Origin: Nitrosococcus oceani ATCC 19707
GTDB lineage: Bacteria > Pseudomonadota > Gammaproteobacteria > Nitrosococcales > Nitrosococcaceae
DNA: 32,000 bases
Assembly: GCF_000012805.1 (NCBI RefSeq)
Contig: NC_007484.1
Location: 1,890,001-1,922,000 of the forward strand
Direction of reading: 5' to 3'
Shown here: positions 17,764-26,436 of the stretch, in pieces
Position numbering within the stretch: position 1 is the first letter of the stretch
Layout: every line of letters starts with the position of its first letter
Translations under genes and position numbers: made by a program
Notes under the pieces: model-generated
What the model saw: only the letters and a program-made list of their open reading frames with translations
What the model was told of the DNA's origin: nothing
Database searches by the model: none

Positions 17764-20700
17764 TTACTCCCCCAATGACAGGAGATCGGTATTCCCCCCC
17801 ACCGCAGCCATATTGATGCTGGTTGAACGCTCGGTGGCAAAGCGCAATAAATAATGGGGACCACCGGCCTTTGGGCCGGTTCCCGAAAGCCTCTCACCTC
17901 CAAAGGGTTGCACGCCCACTACAGCACCGATCATATTGCGATTGACATAGATATTGCCTGCATGAACCCGGTTCTGAATGTAACGCACTGTTTCATCCAC
18001 GCGGCTATGAATTCCCAAAGTTAGGCCGTATCCAGTTCGGTTGATAGAGGCAATCACCTTATTGAGGTGCTTGGATGAATAGCGGATAACATGCAAGACA
18101 GGGCCAAAAACCTCATAGGTAAGTTCCGCCAAATTTTCTAATTCGTAGACTCGGGGTGCGAAATAGTAGCCGTTTTGGGTAGCTTCAGGCAAGGATAAAC
18201 GGCACAACAAGCGCGCCTCTCGATTCATGCGCTGGCAGTGGGTTTCCAAACGCGCCCTTGCCTCCCCATCGATAAGCGGTCCTATATCGGTATCCAGCCG
18301 TCCCGGCTCCCCCAGCCTCAATTCCTCCATCGCGCCGATGAGCATTTCCAATATAGGCTCGGCAACCTCTTCCTGAAGAAACAACACCCGCAGCGCCGAA
18401 CAGCGTTGGCCGGCACTATTAAAAGCCGACGTCATGACATCCACCACCACTTGCTCTGGCAGCGCGGAACTATCCACGATCATGGCATTCTGGCCGCCGG
18501 TTTCGGCGATAAGTGGCACGATAGGCCCTTTGCGTTCCGCCAGCACTTGGTTAATAACAGCAGCGGTCCTGGTTGAGCCCGTAAAGGCAACCCCGCTGAT
18601 ACGGTAATCGGCCACTAACGCCTGACCTACCCTTGAACCTCTGCCAGGGAGAAAGTGCAAAACCCGAGGCGGAATTCCCGCCTCATGGAACCACTGCACC
18701 ACCAATGCCGCTATCAAGGGTGTCTGCCCCGCGGGCTTTGCAATCACTGTATTGCCCGCTACCAGCGCAGCCGCTACCTGGCCCGTAAAGATAGCCAGAG
18801 GAAAATTCCAAGGACTAATGCAAACAAACACGCCGCGTCCGTGAAGAGTCAGCTCATTATGCTCGCCGGTGGGTCCTGGCAGCATCTTAGGCATCGCAAA
18901 AAGCCGACGGGCTTCGGCAGCATAATAGCGACAAGCATCTACCGCTTCCCGCACTTCGGCAAGCGAATCCGCAACAGTTTTCCCTCCTTCACGAATACAT
19001 AGAGCCATCAACTCAACTTGACGCTCCTCGAATAAATCAGCCGCCTGCTCTAAACACTCAGCTCGCCCCAAAACAGAGGTAGCTTCCCAACCCGCTGCAA
19101 CAGCATCCGCTTCCGAAAGAGCCTCGGCGATAGCCTCTTGATCGGCTTCTACTACGGTACCCAGCACCCGCCGCCGATCGCTAGGGTCCCGCACTACTTG
19201 GACTGTCCCCTTGCCGGCTTCGCCGCTCACCAAAGGCAAAGCTTGCCTTTGCTTCTCCATAGCCCTGCCAAGCTCGGCCATTAAACGCTCCAAGCTAGTG
19301 GGATCATTCAGATTAATCCCTAAGGAATTGCGCCGCACTTTTCCATAAAGCCGAAGAGGCAAAGGGATATTAGGATGGGATTTAGAGGGCAAGCTACGAA
19401 CATACTCAGAAGGGTCCGCCACTATTTGTTCGATAGGCACCTCTTCGTCCTCAATCCGGTTGACAAAAGAAGTGTTAGCACCATTTTCCAGCAAGCGACG
19501 CACTAAATAAGGCAGCAGATCAGCATATCCTCCCACCGGCGCATAGACTCGACAGGGAACGCTAATTCCCTGTTCCCGCAAGGCGCTATATAGCAATTCC
19601 CCCATACCATACAAGCGTTGGAATTCAAAGCCTTGCTGCTCTCCTGCTGTTTCCAGCACCCAAGCCACGGTATGAGCATTATGGGAGGCAAATTGAGGGT
19701 AGAACACATCGCGGGCACTGAGTAGGCGGCGAGCTAGGGCAAGAAAAGAAACATCCGTATTGACCTTCCGGGTAAAAACTGGATAACCGGCCAGTCCCTG
19801 TTCCTGGGCACGTTTGATTTCCGTATCCCAATAGGCACCTTTCACCAACCGTACCGGAATACACCGGCCTTCTTTCTGGGCAAGATCCCGCAAATAATTC
19901 AAGACAGGCAGCGCCCGCTTTTGGTAGGCTTGCAGTGCTAGCCCAAACCCTTGCCATCTCCTCAAGGAAGGATCGCGGAATACCGCCTCAAAAACATCGA
20001 GCATCAACTCTAAACGATCCGCTTCCTCTGCATCTAGTGTAAGCCCAATGTCGGCGGCGCAGGCTTCACGGGCTAATGCCAATACCCGGGGAACTAGCTC
20101 CGCTTGCACTCTCCTTCGCTGGGAAAACGTGTAACGGGGATGAAGCGCCGAGAGCTTGACCGAAATTCCTGTTGCTTCCCGATTATGCTCGCCTGAATCT
20201 GTCTCCCCTAGCACCCTAATTGCATGCCGATAGCCACTATAGTATTGCTCGACCCGGGCCTGGGTCAGGGCGACTTCACCTAGCATATCGAAAGAGTAAC
20301 GCTCATTTTCACGGCATTGTGTCAAAGCCTGTTCAATTCTAGGCGCCATGATAAATTGACCCCCAATAATGCGCATCGCTTGCCGGAGCGCTAAGCGCAC
20401 CAAAGGCTCCCCGCCACGCTTTACTAGGCGCTTAATCACACCCTTGCCATCATCGATTAACGGTGTTTCCAGGCGCATCAGACGCCCAGTGAGCATTAAT
20501 CCCCAGGTAGACGCATTCACAAAGAGCGAATGACTATGCCCAAGATGCCTATCCCATTCACCCTTGAGGAGTTTGTCATGGATAAGCCGATCCGCATTCT
20601 CATCATCAGGGATTCGCAACAGGGCCTCGGCCAGGCACATGAGAACCACCCCTTCCTGGCTTGAAAGGTTGTATTCATGGAGAAAAGCATCCAAACCTCC

Positions 20701-20892
20701 ATGCCAGCGGCGTTTCTCGCGCACTAACTGTACCCATTGGCTTGCCCGCCGCTTCACACGCTCATTAACTTCAGGAGCCAACTCCGTCTCACGTAATAAG
20801 GACTTTACCCAGACTGTTTCATCAGCGAGATAGGCCGCACTAATCGCAGCCCGTGGCGAATCTAGAGAGGGTAGTTCAATATCCGAAATCAT
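17764..20892 (-). CDS. putA: Bifunctional proline dehydrogenase / L-glutamate gamma-semialdehyde dehydrogenase PutA, without an N-terminal RHH DNA-binding domain
   Basis: About 1042 aa from the ATG at 20892 (MISDIELP); the track start at 20925 is a TTG. The N-terminal half is a PRODH barrel. The C-terminal half is an ALDH domain (FTGST, ETGGQNA, GQRCSA). Confidence 0.95.
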   Translation of the reverse strand: MISDIELPSLDSPRAAISAAYLADETVWVKSLLRETELAPEVNERVKRRASQWVQLVREKRRWHGGLDAFLHEYNLSSQEGVVLMCLAEALLRIPDDENADRLIHDKLLKGEWDRHLGHSHSLFVNASTWGLMLTGRLMRLETPLIDDGKGVIKRLVKRGGEPLVRLALRQAMRIIGGQFIMAPRIEQALTQCRENERYSFDMLGEVALTQARVEQYYSGYRHAIRVLGETDSGEHNREATGISVKLSALHPRYTFSQRRRVQAELVPRVLALAREACAADIGLTLDAEEADRLELMLDVFEAVFRDPSLRRWQGFGLALQAYQKRALPVLNYLRDLAQKEGRCIPVRLVKGAYWDTEIKRAQEQGLAGYPVFTRKVNTDVSFLALARRLLSARDVFYPQFASHNAHTVAWVLETAGEQQGFEFQRLYGMGELLYSALREQGISVPCRVYAPVGGYADLLPYLVRRLLENGANTSFVNRIEDEEVPIEQIVADPSEYVRSLPSKSHPNIPLPLRLYGKVRRNSLGINLNDPTSLERLMAELGRAMEKQRQALPLVSGEAGKGTVQVVRDPSDRRRVLGTVVEADQEAIAEALSEADAVAAGWEATSVLGRAECLEQAADLFEERQVELMALCIREGGKTVADSLAEVREAVDACRYYAAEARRLFAMPKMLPGPTGEHNELTLHGRGVFVCISPWNFPLAIFTGQVAAALVAGNTVIAKPAGQTPLIAALVVQWFHEAGIPPRVLHFLPGRGSRVGQALVADYRISGVAFTGSTRTAAVINQVLAERKGPIVPLIAETGGQNAMIVDSSALPEQVVVDVMTSAFNSAGQRCSALRVLFLQEEVAEPILEMLIGAMEELRLGEPGRLDTDIGPLIDGEARARLETHCQRMNREARLLCRLSLPEATQNGYYFAPRVYELENLAELTYEVFGPVLHVIRYSSKHLNKVIASINRTGYGLTLGIHSRVDETVRYIQNRVHAGNIYVNRNMIGAVVGVQPFGGERLSGTGPKAGGPHYLLRFATERSTSINMAAVGGNTDLLSLGE

Positions 20893-21105
20893 GACCACTC
20901 TCGCTTCCTGCAAGCATACCGACAATCGAAATACGGTAAAGCAATAGGCATAGACTCCTCCCCTCGTAGGATCACACTCTCTTCCTCAATATTAAGTTCA
21001 GGAAAATAACAAACTTAGTAGAGTTTTAAGCCGGCCATTTAGCGCTGGTGGGTAAAATACGAGGGGCAAAGAAGAAAATCGTAAAAAACCATACTTGAGC
21101 AGAAT

Positions 21106-21567
21106 TTAAGAAGAAAACACCTTCAACTCACCGGGTTTCCGTAACATTTTATCGATCTCACCCTGATGGATTTCCTCCTCGGAAATCAATCGTCTCGCAT
21201 ATTCTTCCAGAAAAACCGAGCGTTCCTTTACCACGTCCAATAATTCAAAATAAGCTTTGAGGGTTGCCTTTTCATGCTCCAGGGATTCTCTTAAAATGGC
21301 GCCTATATCATGGTTATGGGTCTCTAGCAACGGACCCATCCCCAAGGAAGGATGCCCTCCAAGGTGGGTAATCATCTCTCCTGCTTCATGGGCATGCACA
21401 AGCCCCTCCTCTGCTTCCTTACGCAACCAGGAGACAATAGGTATCCGGCTATAGCCAAAGACCATAAACGAGTAATGGGTATAACGGACCACGCCCGCTA
21501 GCTCCATCTCCAGGATTTGATTGAGCTTGGCTATAACTACCTGGGTATCGATATCTTCACTACTCAC
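21106..21567 (-). CDS. Ferritin-like / bacterioferritin-family protein
   Basis: 153 aa with a GTG start preceded by GAGGG. It reads as a four-helix ferritin-like fold: LNQILEMELAG, EAEEGLVHAHEAGEMITHLGG and a C-terminal EEEIH (ExxH). The first ExxH of canonical Bfr does not align cleanly. Confidence 0.7.
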   Translation of the reverse strand: MSSEDIDTQVVIAKLNQILEMELAGVVRYTHYSFMVFGYSRIPIVSWLRKEAEEGLVHAHEAGEMITHLGGHPSLGMGPLLETHNHDIGAILRESLEHEKATLKAYFELLDVVKERSVFLEEYARRLISEEEIHQGEIDKMLRKPGELKVFSS

Positions 21568-21631
21568 AATGACCCTCGTTAATGACTCTTACTTCGCTTA
21601 GACTCTTTCCAGTGGTCGCTAAACGTTTTCT

Positions 21632-21844
21632 TTACCCATCGATTCTAAAGCCTACTTTCAAACTCACCTGCCAATGCTTTATCCGCCCATTGTCATCAAT
21701 TTCTCCTCGGGTCTCAACTACCTCAAACCAGCGCAGGTGATTGAGAGTTTTCGAGGCTTTGCTCACTGCTTGCTGAACCGCATCTTCCATGCTCTTAGCA
21801 GAACTGCCCGTTAATTCAATCTTTTTATAGACATGATCCGACAT
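21632..21844 (-). CDS. Dodecin-family flavin-binding protein
   Basis: 70 aa: [15 protein letters not shown]...[24 protein letters not shown].....HWQV.LKVGF. This is the typical dodecin length and pattern. Confidence 0.85.
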   Translation of the reverse strand: MSDHVYKKIELTGSSAKSMEDAVQQAVSKASKTLNHLRWFEVVETRGEIDDNGRIKHWQVSLKVGFRIDG

Positions 21845-21940
21845 GAAAATTCCCCCCTTCTGGTAACGCCCGCAAAACTTATCTGGAGACTATTTATTAT
21901 TGCCCCCAACCGCAATTTCGCCCTTTCTATTTATAGGTTA

Positions 21941-21959
21941 GACAATGATTACCCAATTT
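21941..21959 (-). promoter_or_regulatory. Weak Fur-box-like motif upstream of the dodecin/ferritin-like pair
   Basis: The sense-strand sequence AAATTGGGTAATCATTGTC matches the Fur consensus at about 12/19 positions by hand. It shares the core AAT[G/C]ATTGTC with the bfd upstream motif, and a TATAAA lies just downstream. Confidence 0.25.
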
Positions 21960-21980
21960 TATAGTGCCAAATTTATTTAT

Positions 21981-22565
21981 TCAGCGCCTGCCTGGAGGGT
22001 AATTAAAGCTTATGTCCCTATTTCCCATCGTTTTCAAATCCAGCACGCCTTTCTCCTGAAAAGGAAAAACCCGTCTGCCAAAACCCAGAGCACGGGCCAA
22101 GTGTAATTGGCCCGCAATTTCGTAATTCAGCACCCGCTGGCCCTGGAGGGAAAGCATTTGTTGAACAAGGTTGATGAAGGTAGTGGTTACTTGCATTTCT
22201 ACCTCAGCGCTCCCGAAACGAGGTACTGAAAAAGATTGATTGCTCAGCCCCTGGGCAAGCGGGTGTCCATTCAAATTAAGGCTTACCTCCATCCCATTAA
22301 TGGATAAGGCGGCATCATTGGGGTTATCGATACGCAAACGCAGCAGGAAATTCTGGGCCAGCATACTCGCCTCCCGGAATTGAAAATCGGTGAGATAGAC
22401 CCGTGGCCGTTCATAGTTTGAAAGCGTAGCGCAAGCCATCAAAGCTAAACTCAAAAGAGCTAGCACGCCCAGCCTTGAGGCTAAAATCTTCCTAATGAGA
22501 GCAATTTTTGGCAACCAACCTCCTCCCTTACCGTTAAGAGATCTGGTGAGCCCGGGTTTCATCAA
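21981..22565 (-). CDS. LEA type 2 (LEA_2 / WHy-like) lipoprotein
   Basis: Up to 194 aa. Signal peptide ILASRLGVLALLSLALMAC (lipobox), then a LEA_2-like beta-sandwich pattern (V.L.DF......L.Q.F.L.LRI.NPN...L...G.EV.L.LNG). The start is uncertain: the ATG at 22565 would overlap the upstream gene by 32 nt. Confidence 0.7.
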   Translation of the reverse strand: MMKPGLTRSLNGKGGGWLPKIALIRKILASRLGVLALLSLALMACATLSNYERPRVYLTDFQFREASMLAQNFLLRLRIDNPNDAALSINGMEVSLNLNGHPLAQGLSNQSFSVPRFGSAEVEMQVTTTFINLVQQMLSLQGQRVLNYEIAGQLHLARALGFGRRVFPFQEKGVLDLKTMGNRDISFNYPPGRR

Positions 22566-23631
22566 TGAGTTGCTTGAGCCATTTTATATAAGGGGTTCCA
22601 CCCGTGCCAAAGGGATCATCGGTCCGTTTCTGGATATATTCCCAAGCCAAACCATAGTGAAATTCCCGGAAACTTGCCACTGCTTCTAAAACGCTATTAT
22701 AGATTTCCTTCTCCGCGTAGGGGCGCAGTTCCGGCAATTCCTCCACAGCCTTAATCACCTGGAGATGCTTCCAGGGCATGTATCGACGCATATCGGCCAG
22801 ATGCTCGGTAAGCGAAGAGCGTTGATGGGGGATTTTCAATAAAGCCACCAAAAGAGGCATGAGGCTACTTTGGGCGCCAGTCTCGCCGCGAAAGTCCATG
22901 GGAGCTTGCTTCACCCCCTCGTAGACCACATTCTTAAAGTAACGAATATAGGGCCGGAAAGTTCGATAATAAAGCGCAGGGTCCATCCGTTCTGGAATCC
23001 GCTTGAGAACAGTGACTTGGCGCCAGACGGTTGCCCCGATGGCTTGGAGGATTGGATTGATCAGATCATCCTGCCACGGTTCACACAGTAACCGGTTAAT
23101 CCCTGAAAAGATACCGGCCGCCAGCGCCTCGATCTCCACATGAACCAGAATAAACCAATGCTCATCATAAAGATGAACGAAATTCTGCAGCGTGTCGATG
23201 TTACCTAGTGCAATTGGCCCCTCGGGACGAAAGCGTTTCCAATTATAGAGGGCATAACCGTCATAACTGAGGATAGGCGGCCGTTCCAACAGGGCGCAAG
23301 CCTGGCACAAAGGATGGGCAATATTAGCGGGTAATACGGTGGCCCGAGGTTCTCCCACCTGGTTAATATAGGCTGAAGCCAAAAACCCCAGGCGCAAGTA
23401 ATAGAGCTGCAGTTCAGGAAGATCCTGGGAGCGGTTACGCTGTGCTGGCCAGAAGGGTATCTGCTGCTCCCGTAAATACCGACGGCACCCCGGATCCTGT
23501 AACAAGCTTGGCAAATCTCGGCCGAGTTCATCCAGCACAGCCAATTCGGAATCACTTGGAAAGCGCCGAGCCGGATCAGGCTCAGGCAGAAATCCTCGCT
23601 GGGTAAAGGAACTATTCAGAATGAAATTCAT
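22534..23631 (-). CDS. Indoleamine 2,3-dioxygenase (IDO) family haem dioxygenase
   Basis: 365 aa, collinear with remembered human IDO1. Matches (window / IDO1): LPANIAHPLCQ...ERPPILSY / LPRNIAVPYCQ...ELPPILVY; FRPYI / LRIYL (substrate-carboxylate Arg); GETGAQSS / GGSAGQSS; DMRRYMP in both; FREFHYGLAWEYI / LRSYHLQIVTKYI (proximal His); GTGGT in both. Confidence 0.9.
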   Translation of the reverse strand: MNFILNSSFTQRGFLPEPDPARRFPSDSELAVLDELGRDLPSLLQDPGCRRYLREQQIPFWPAQRNRSQDLPELQLYYLRLGFLASAYINQVGEPRATVLPANIAHPLCQACALLERPPILSYDGYALYNWKRFRPEGPIALGNIDTLQNFVHLYDEHWFILVHVEIEALAAGIFSGINRLLCEPWQDDLINPILQAIGATVWRQVTVLKRIPERMDPALYYRTFRPYIRYFKNVVYEGVKQAPMDFRGETGAQSSLMPLLVALLKIPHQRSSLTEHLADMRRYMPWKHLQVIKAVEELPELRPYAEKEIYNSVLEAVASFREFHYGLAWEYIQKRTDDPFGTGGTPYIKWLKQLIDETRAHQIS

Positions 23632-23665
23632 ATTATCTCGGTATCAGCGAACCAGCTGCCAAATC

Positions 23666-25207
23666 TCATCTCTCTGGTGGGCTCTCCCCCTCCAGCTCGA
23701 AGCGAATTCCTTGAGCCAGGGGCAATTCCGTGCCCCAATTGATGGTATTGGTTTGCCGCCGCATATAGTTTTTCCAAGCATCCGAGCCCGCTTCTCGACC
23801 TCCTCCAGTTTCCTTCTCACCCCCAAAAGCCCCGCCGATCTCAGCCCCTGACGTACCCATATTAATGTTGGCGATACCACAATCACTGCCCCAGTGGGAG
23901 AGAAATCGTTCGGCATGCTGGAGATGAGTGGTAAATAATGACGAGGAAAACCCTTGAGGTACGGCATTGTTCAGTGCAATCGCCTCCTCCAGGGTTTTAA
24001 AGGGAATAAGGTAAAGGATGGGAGCAAAAGTTTCCCGCTGCACCATTTCCCAATGATTTTCGGCCCGAACCAAGGTAGGCTCGACAAAATATCCACCCCT
24101 CTCAAGCACACGGCCACCGTAGAGAATTTCACCTCCCCGCTGCTTAAGCGTTGCTATGGCATCGCTAAACTTTGCCACGGCCTCGGCATCAATAAGGGGT
24201 CCCACTAAGGTTTTTCTATCTAAGGGATCGCCAATGGGCAATTGCCGGTAAGCATGGATTAGCCGGGAAATCAGCTCCTCATAGCAGTTTTCATGCACAA
24301 TCAGACGCCGTGTGGTGGTGCAACGCTGCCCCGCCGTGCCGACCGCCCCAAAAACTACCGCCGGCACTGCCAAGTCGAGATCAGCGGTTTCATCGACAAT
24401 CACTGCGTTATTGCCAGAGAGTTCCAGCAGGCTTCGTCCCAACCGCGCAGCCACTAACCGACTCACCCACCGTCCTACTTTGGTGGAGCCAGTAAAAGAA
24501 ATCAAAGGAATCCGCCGGTCTTGCACCAAACTTTCAGCCAGTGGATTCTCATCGGTCACCAAGAGGTTAAACACCCCTGGATAACCGGCTTCCTCCATCA
24601 CTCGATTACAAAGGTGCTGCACAGCGACGGCCGTTAAGGGCGCCTTGGGAGAGGGCTTCCAAATGACTGTATTGCCGCAAATAGCGGCAATCAGGGCATT
24701 CCAGGCCCATACGGCAACCGGAAAATTAAAGGCGGTAATCACCCCTACCGGTCCTAAGGGATGCCATTGTTCATACATCCGATGGCTGGGACGTTCCGAG
24801 TGCATGGTCTTGCCATAGAGCATCCGGGATTGCCCCACGGCAAAATCCGCCATATCAATCATTTCCTGTACTTCCCCATCCCCTTCTTCCTTGATCTTAC
24901 CCGTCTCCAAGCTCACCAGGCTGCCCAGGCGATCTTTATGGACCCGCAGAGACTCACCCAGGCGGCGCACCAAATCTCCCCGTACCGGCGCGGGGACGGC
25001 ACGCCAGGTTCTAAAATTCTCCCAGGAGGCACCTATGAGGGTTTCCACATCGGCCGCGGTCGCTGCCCCAACACTAGCAATCGGCTTTTCAGTGGCTGGG
25101 TTGCTGGAATCGATTCGCCGACGGGAATCCGCTCCAGACCACCACCCCGGCCCCCAACACACCCCCGGATTGAAATCTTCTAGACCCAAATCCTTAAGTA
25201 ATTTCAT
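23666..25207 (-). CDS. ALDH7 (antiquitin / AmaB-Pcd)-type aldehyde dehydrogenase
   Basis: 513 aa. The N-terminal half closely follows remembered ALDH7A1: LGSLVSLE.GKI..EG.GEVQE.ID..DFAVG.SR, EQW.P.G.VG.ITAFNFPVAV..WN. It also has the catalytic Cys region GQRCTT and the ELSGNN Glu motif. Confidence 0.88.
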   Translation of the reverse strand: MKLLKDLGLEDFNPGVCWGPGWWSGADSRRRIDSSNPATEKPIASVGAATAADVETLIGASWENFRTWRAVPAPVRGDLVRRLGESLRVHKDRLGSLVSLETGKIKEEGDGEVQEMIDMADFAVGQSRMLYGKTMHSERPSHRMYEQWHPLGPVGVITAFNFPVAVWAWNALIAAICGNTVIWKPSPKAPLTAVAVQHLCNRVMEEAGYPGVFNLLVTDENPLAESLVQDRRIPLISFTGSTKVGRWVSRLVAARLGRSLLELSGNNAVIVDETADLDLAVPAVVFGAVGTAGQRCTTTRRLIVHENCYEELISRLIHAYRQLPIGDPLDRKTLVGPLIDAEAVAKFSDAIATLKQRGGEILYGGRVLERGGYFVEPTLVRAENHWEMVQRETFAPILYLIPFKTLEEAIALNNAVPQGFSSSLFTTHLQHAERFLSHWGSDCGIANINMGTSGAEIGGAFGGEKETGGGREAGSDAWKNYMRRQTNTINWGTELPLAQGIRFELEGESPPER

Positions 25208-26436
25208 TATGAGCTGGCCTCAGAGGGCTGAAGTTTTTCTTCCAGGTCTTGGAAGGTCTGGATAATACACTCCAGCGCCCAATCAATTTGCTTCTGGGTA
25301 ATGATCAGTGGTGGCGCCAAACGGACCACCACTTCATGGGTTTCCTTGCTCAAAAGACCGTTTTTCATCAAGGCTTCGCAAACTGCTCGCGCCTTCGTCC
25401 ACCGCGGGTTGATCTCGATACCAATAAATAGGCCCTGGCCCCGGACCTCCCGGATAAGGGAGCTTCGCAGCTGCCGGAGTTGCCGTAAGAAATAATCCCC
25501 CAATTCAGCCGAACGTTCTGACAACTGCTCTTCAACCAAAATCTTAAGGGCTTCCAGAGCCACGGCGCAAGCAAGTGGATTGCCCCCAAAGGTGCTGCCA
25601 TGATCCCCAGGCCGAAACACATCCATGACTTCCTCCCGGGCCAAAAATAAAGAGATGGGTAATAAACCCCCACCTAGCGCCTTGCCAAGAATAAGCCCAT
25701 CCGGTTGCACCCCCTCGTGCTGACAGGCCAATACCTTACCCGTACGTCCCAACCCCGTCTGAACTTCATCGCAGATGAGTAAGACATCATGACGGCGGCA
25801 GATCTCAGCGCAACCTTGAAGATAACCTCTCCCTGGGATAATAATGCCCCCCTCCCCTTGGATAGGTTCTACCAGAAAAGCTGCGGTACGGGGCGTGATC
25901 GCCGCCTCCAAGGCTTCCAGGTCATTATAGGGAATACATTTTAGGCCGGACGGGAAAGGCCCAAAGCCTTGTTGATACTGGGCCTCAGAAGAAAGACCCA
26001 CAATGGCGATGGTCCGTCCATGGAAATTTCCCTCACAGGCCAGGATTTCCGCCTGTCCCGCCGGGACTCCCTTCACTTGATAGGCCCACTTGCGGGCCGC
26101 TTTTAACGCGGTTTCCACCGCTTCCGTCCCTGTGTTCATGGGCAGCGCCCGATCCTGACCACTCAATTCACAGACGTACTCTAGCAATGGCCCCAGCCGA
26201 TCGGTATAAAAGGCACGGGAAGTCAGGGTCAGACGCTGGGCCTGACCGACCAAGGCATGGATCAACCGAGGATTGGCGTGGCCATGGCCCACTGCGGAAT
26301 AGGCACTCATCATGTCCATATAGCGATTCCCTTCCGTATCCCAGAGATAAACCCCCTCCCCTCTGGTCAATACGACCGGCAAAGGATGGTAATTATGCGC
26401 TGAGTACCGCTTTTCCAGCTCGATGATAGGATTCAT
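25207..26436 (-). CDS. rocD: Ornithine--oxo-acid aminotransferase
   Basis: 409 aa with GAGG 7 nt upstream. It is strongly collinear with remembered human OAT and RocD: AHNYHPLPV, SAYSAV.HGH, LTLTSRAF, PMNTG.EA.ETA.K.ARKW, DE.QTGL.RTG, GKAL.GG, HGSTFGGNPL. Its stop overlaps the next start as TAATG at 25207. Confidence 0.92.
   Translation of the reverse strand: MNPIIELEKRYSAHNYHPLPVVLTRGEGVYLWDTEGNRYMDMMSAYSAVGHGHANPRLIHALVGQAQRLTLTSRAFYTDRLGPLLEYVCELSGQDRALPMNTGTEAVETALKAARKWAYQVKGVPAGQAEILACEGNFHGRTIAIVGLSSEAQYQQGFGPFPSGLKCIPYNDLEALEAAITPRTAAFLVEPIQGEGGIIIPGRGYLQGCAEICRRHDVLLICDEVQTGLGRTGKVLACQHEGVQPDGLILGKALGGGLLPISLFLAREEVMDVFRPGDHGSTFGGNPLACAVALEALKILVEEQLSERSAELGDYFLRQLRQLRSSLIREVRGQGLFIGIEINPRWTKARAVCEALMKNGLLSKETHEVVVRLAPPLIITQKQIDWALECIIQTFQDLEEKLQPSEASS

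Noticed and set aside
18238-20833. Plus- and minus-strand ORFs of 61-115 aa overlapping putA
   Set aside because: They lie within the continuous, motif-supported PutA frame as alternative-frame or antisense shadows. They are rich in Arg, Ser and Pro, as expected from out-of-frame reading of this sequence.
22870-25673. Assorted track ORFs overlapping the IDO, ALDH7 and aminotransferase genes (for example 23205-23555, 23644-23967, 24761-25183, 25368-25673)
   Set aside because: Each is embedded in or antisense to a gene with strong family-level similarity across its whole length. None has its own ribosome-binding site or motif.
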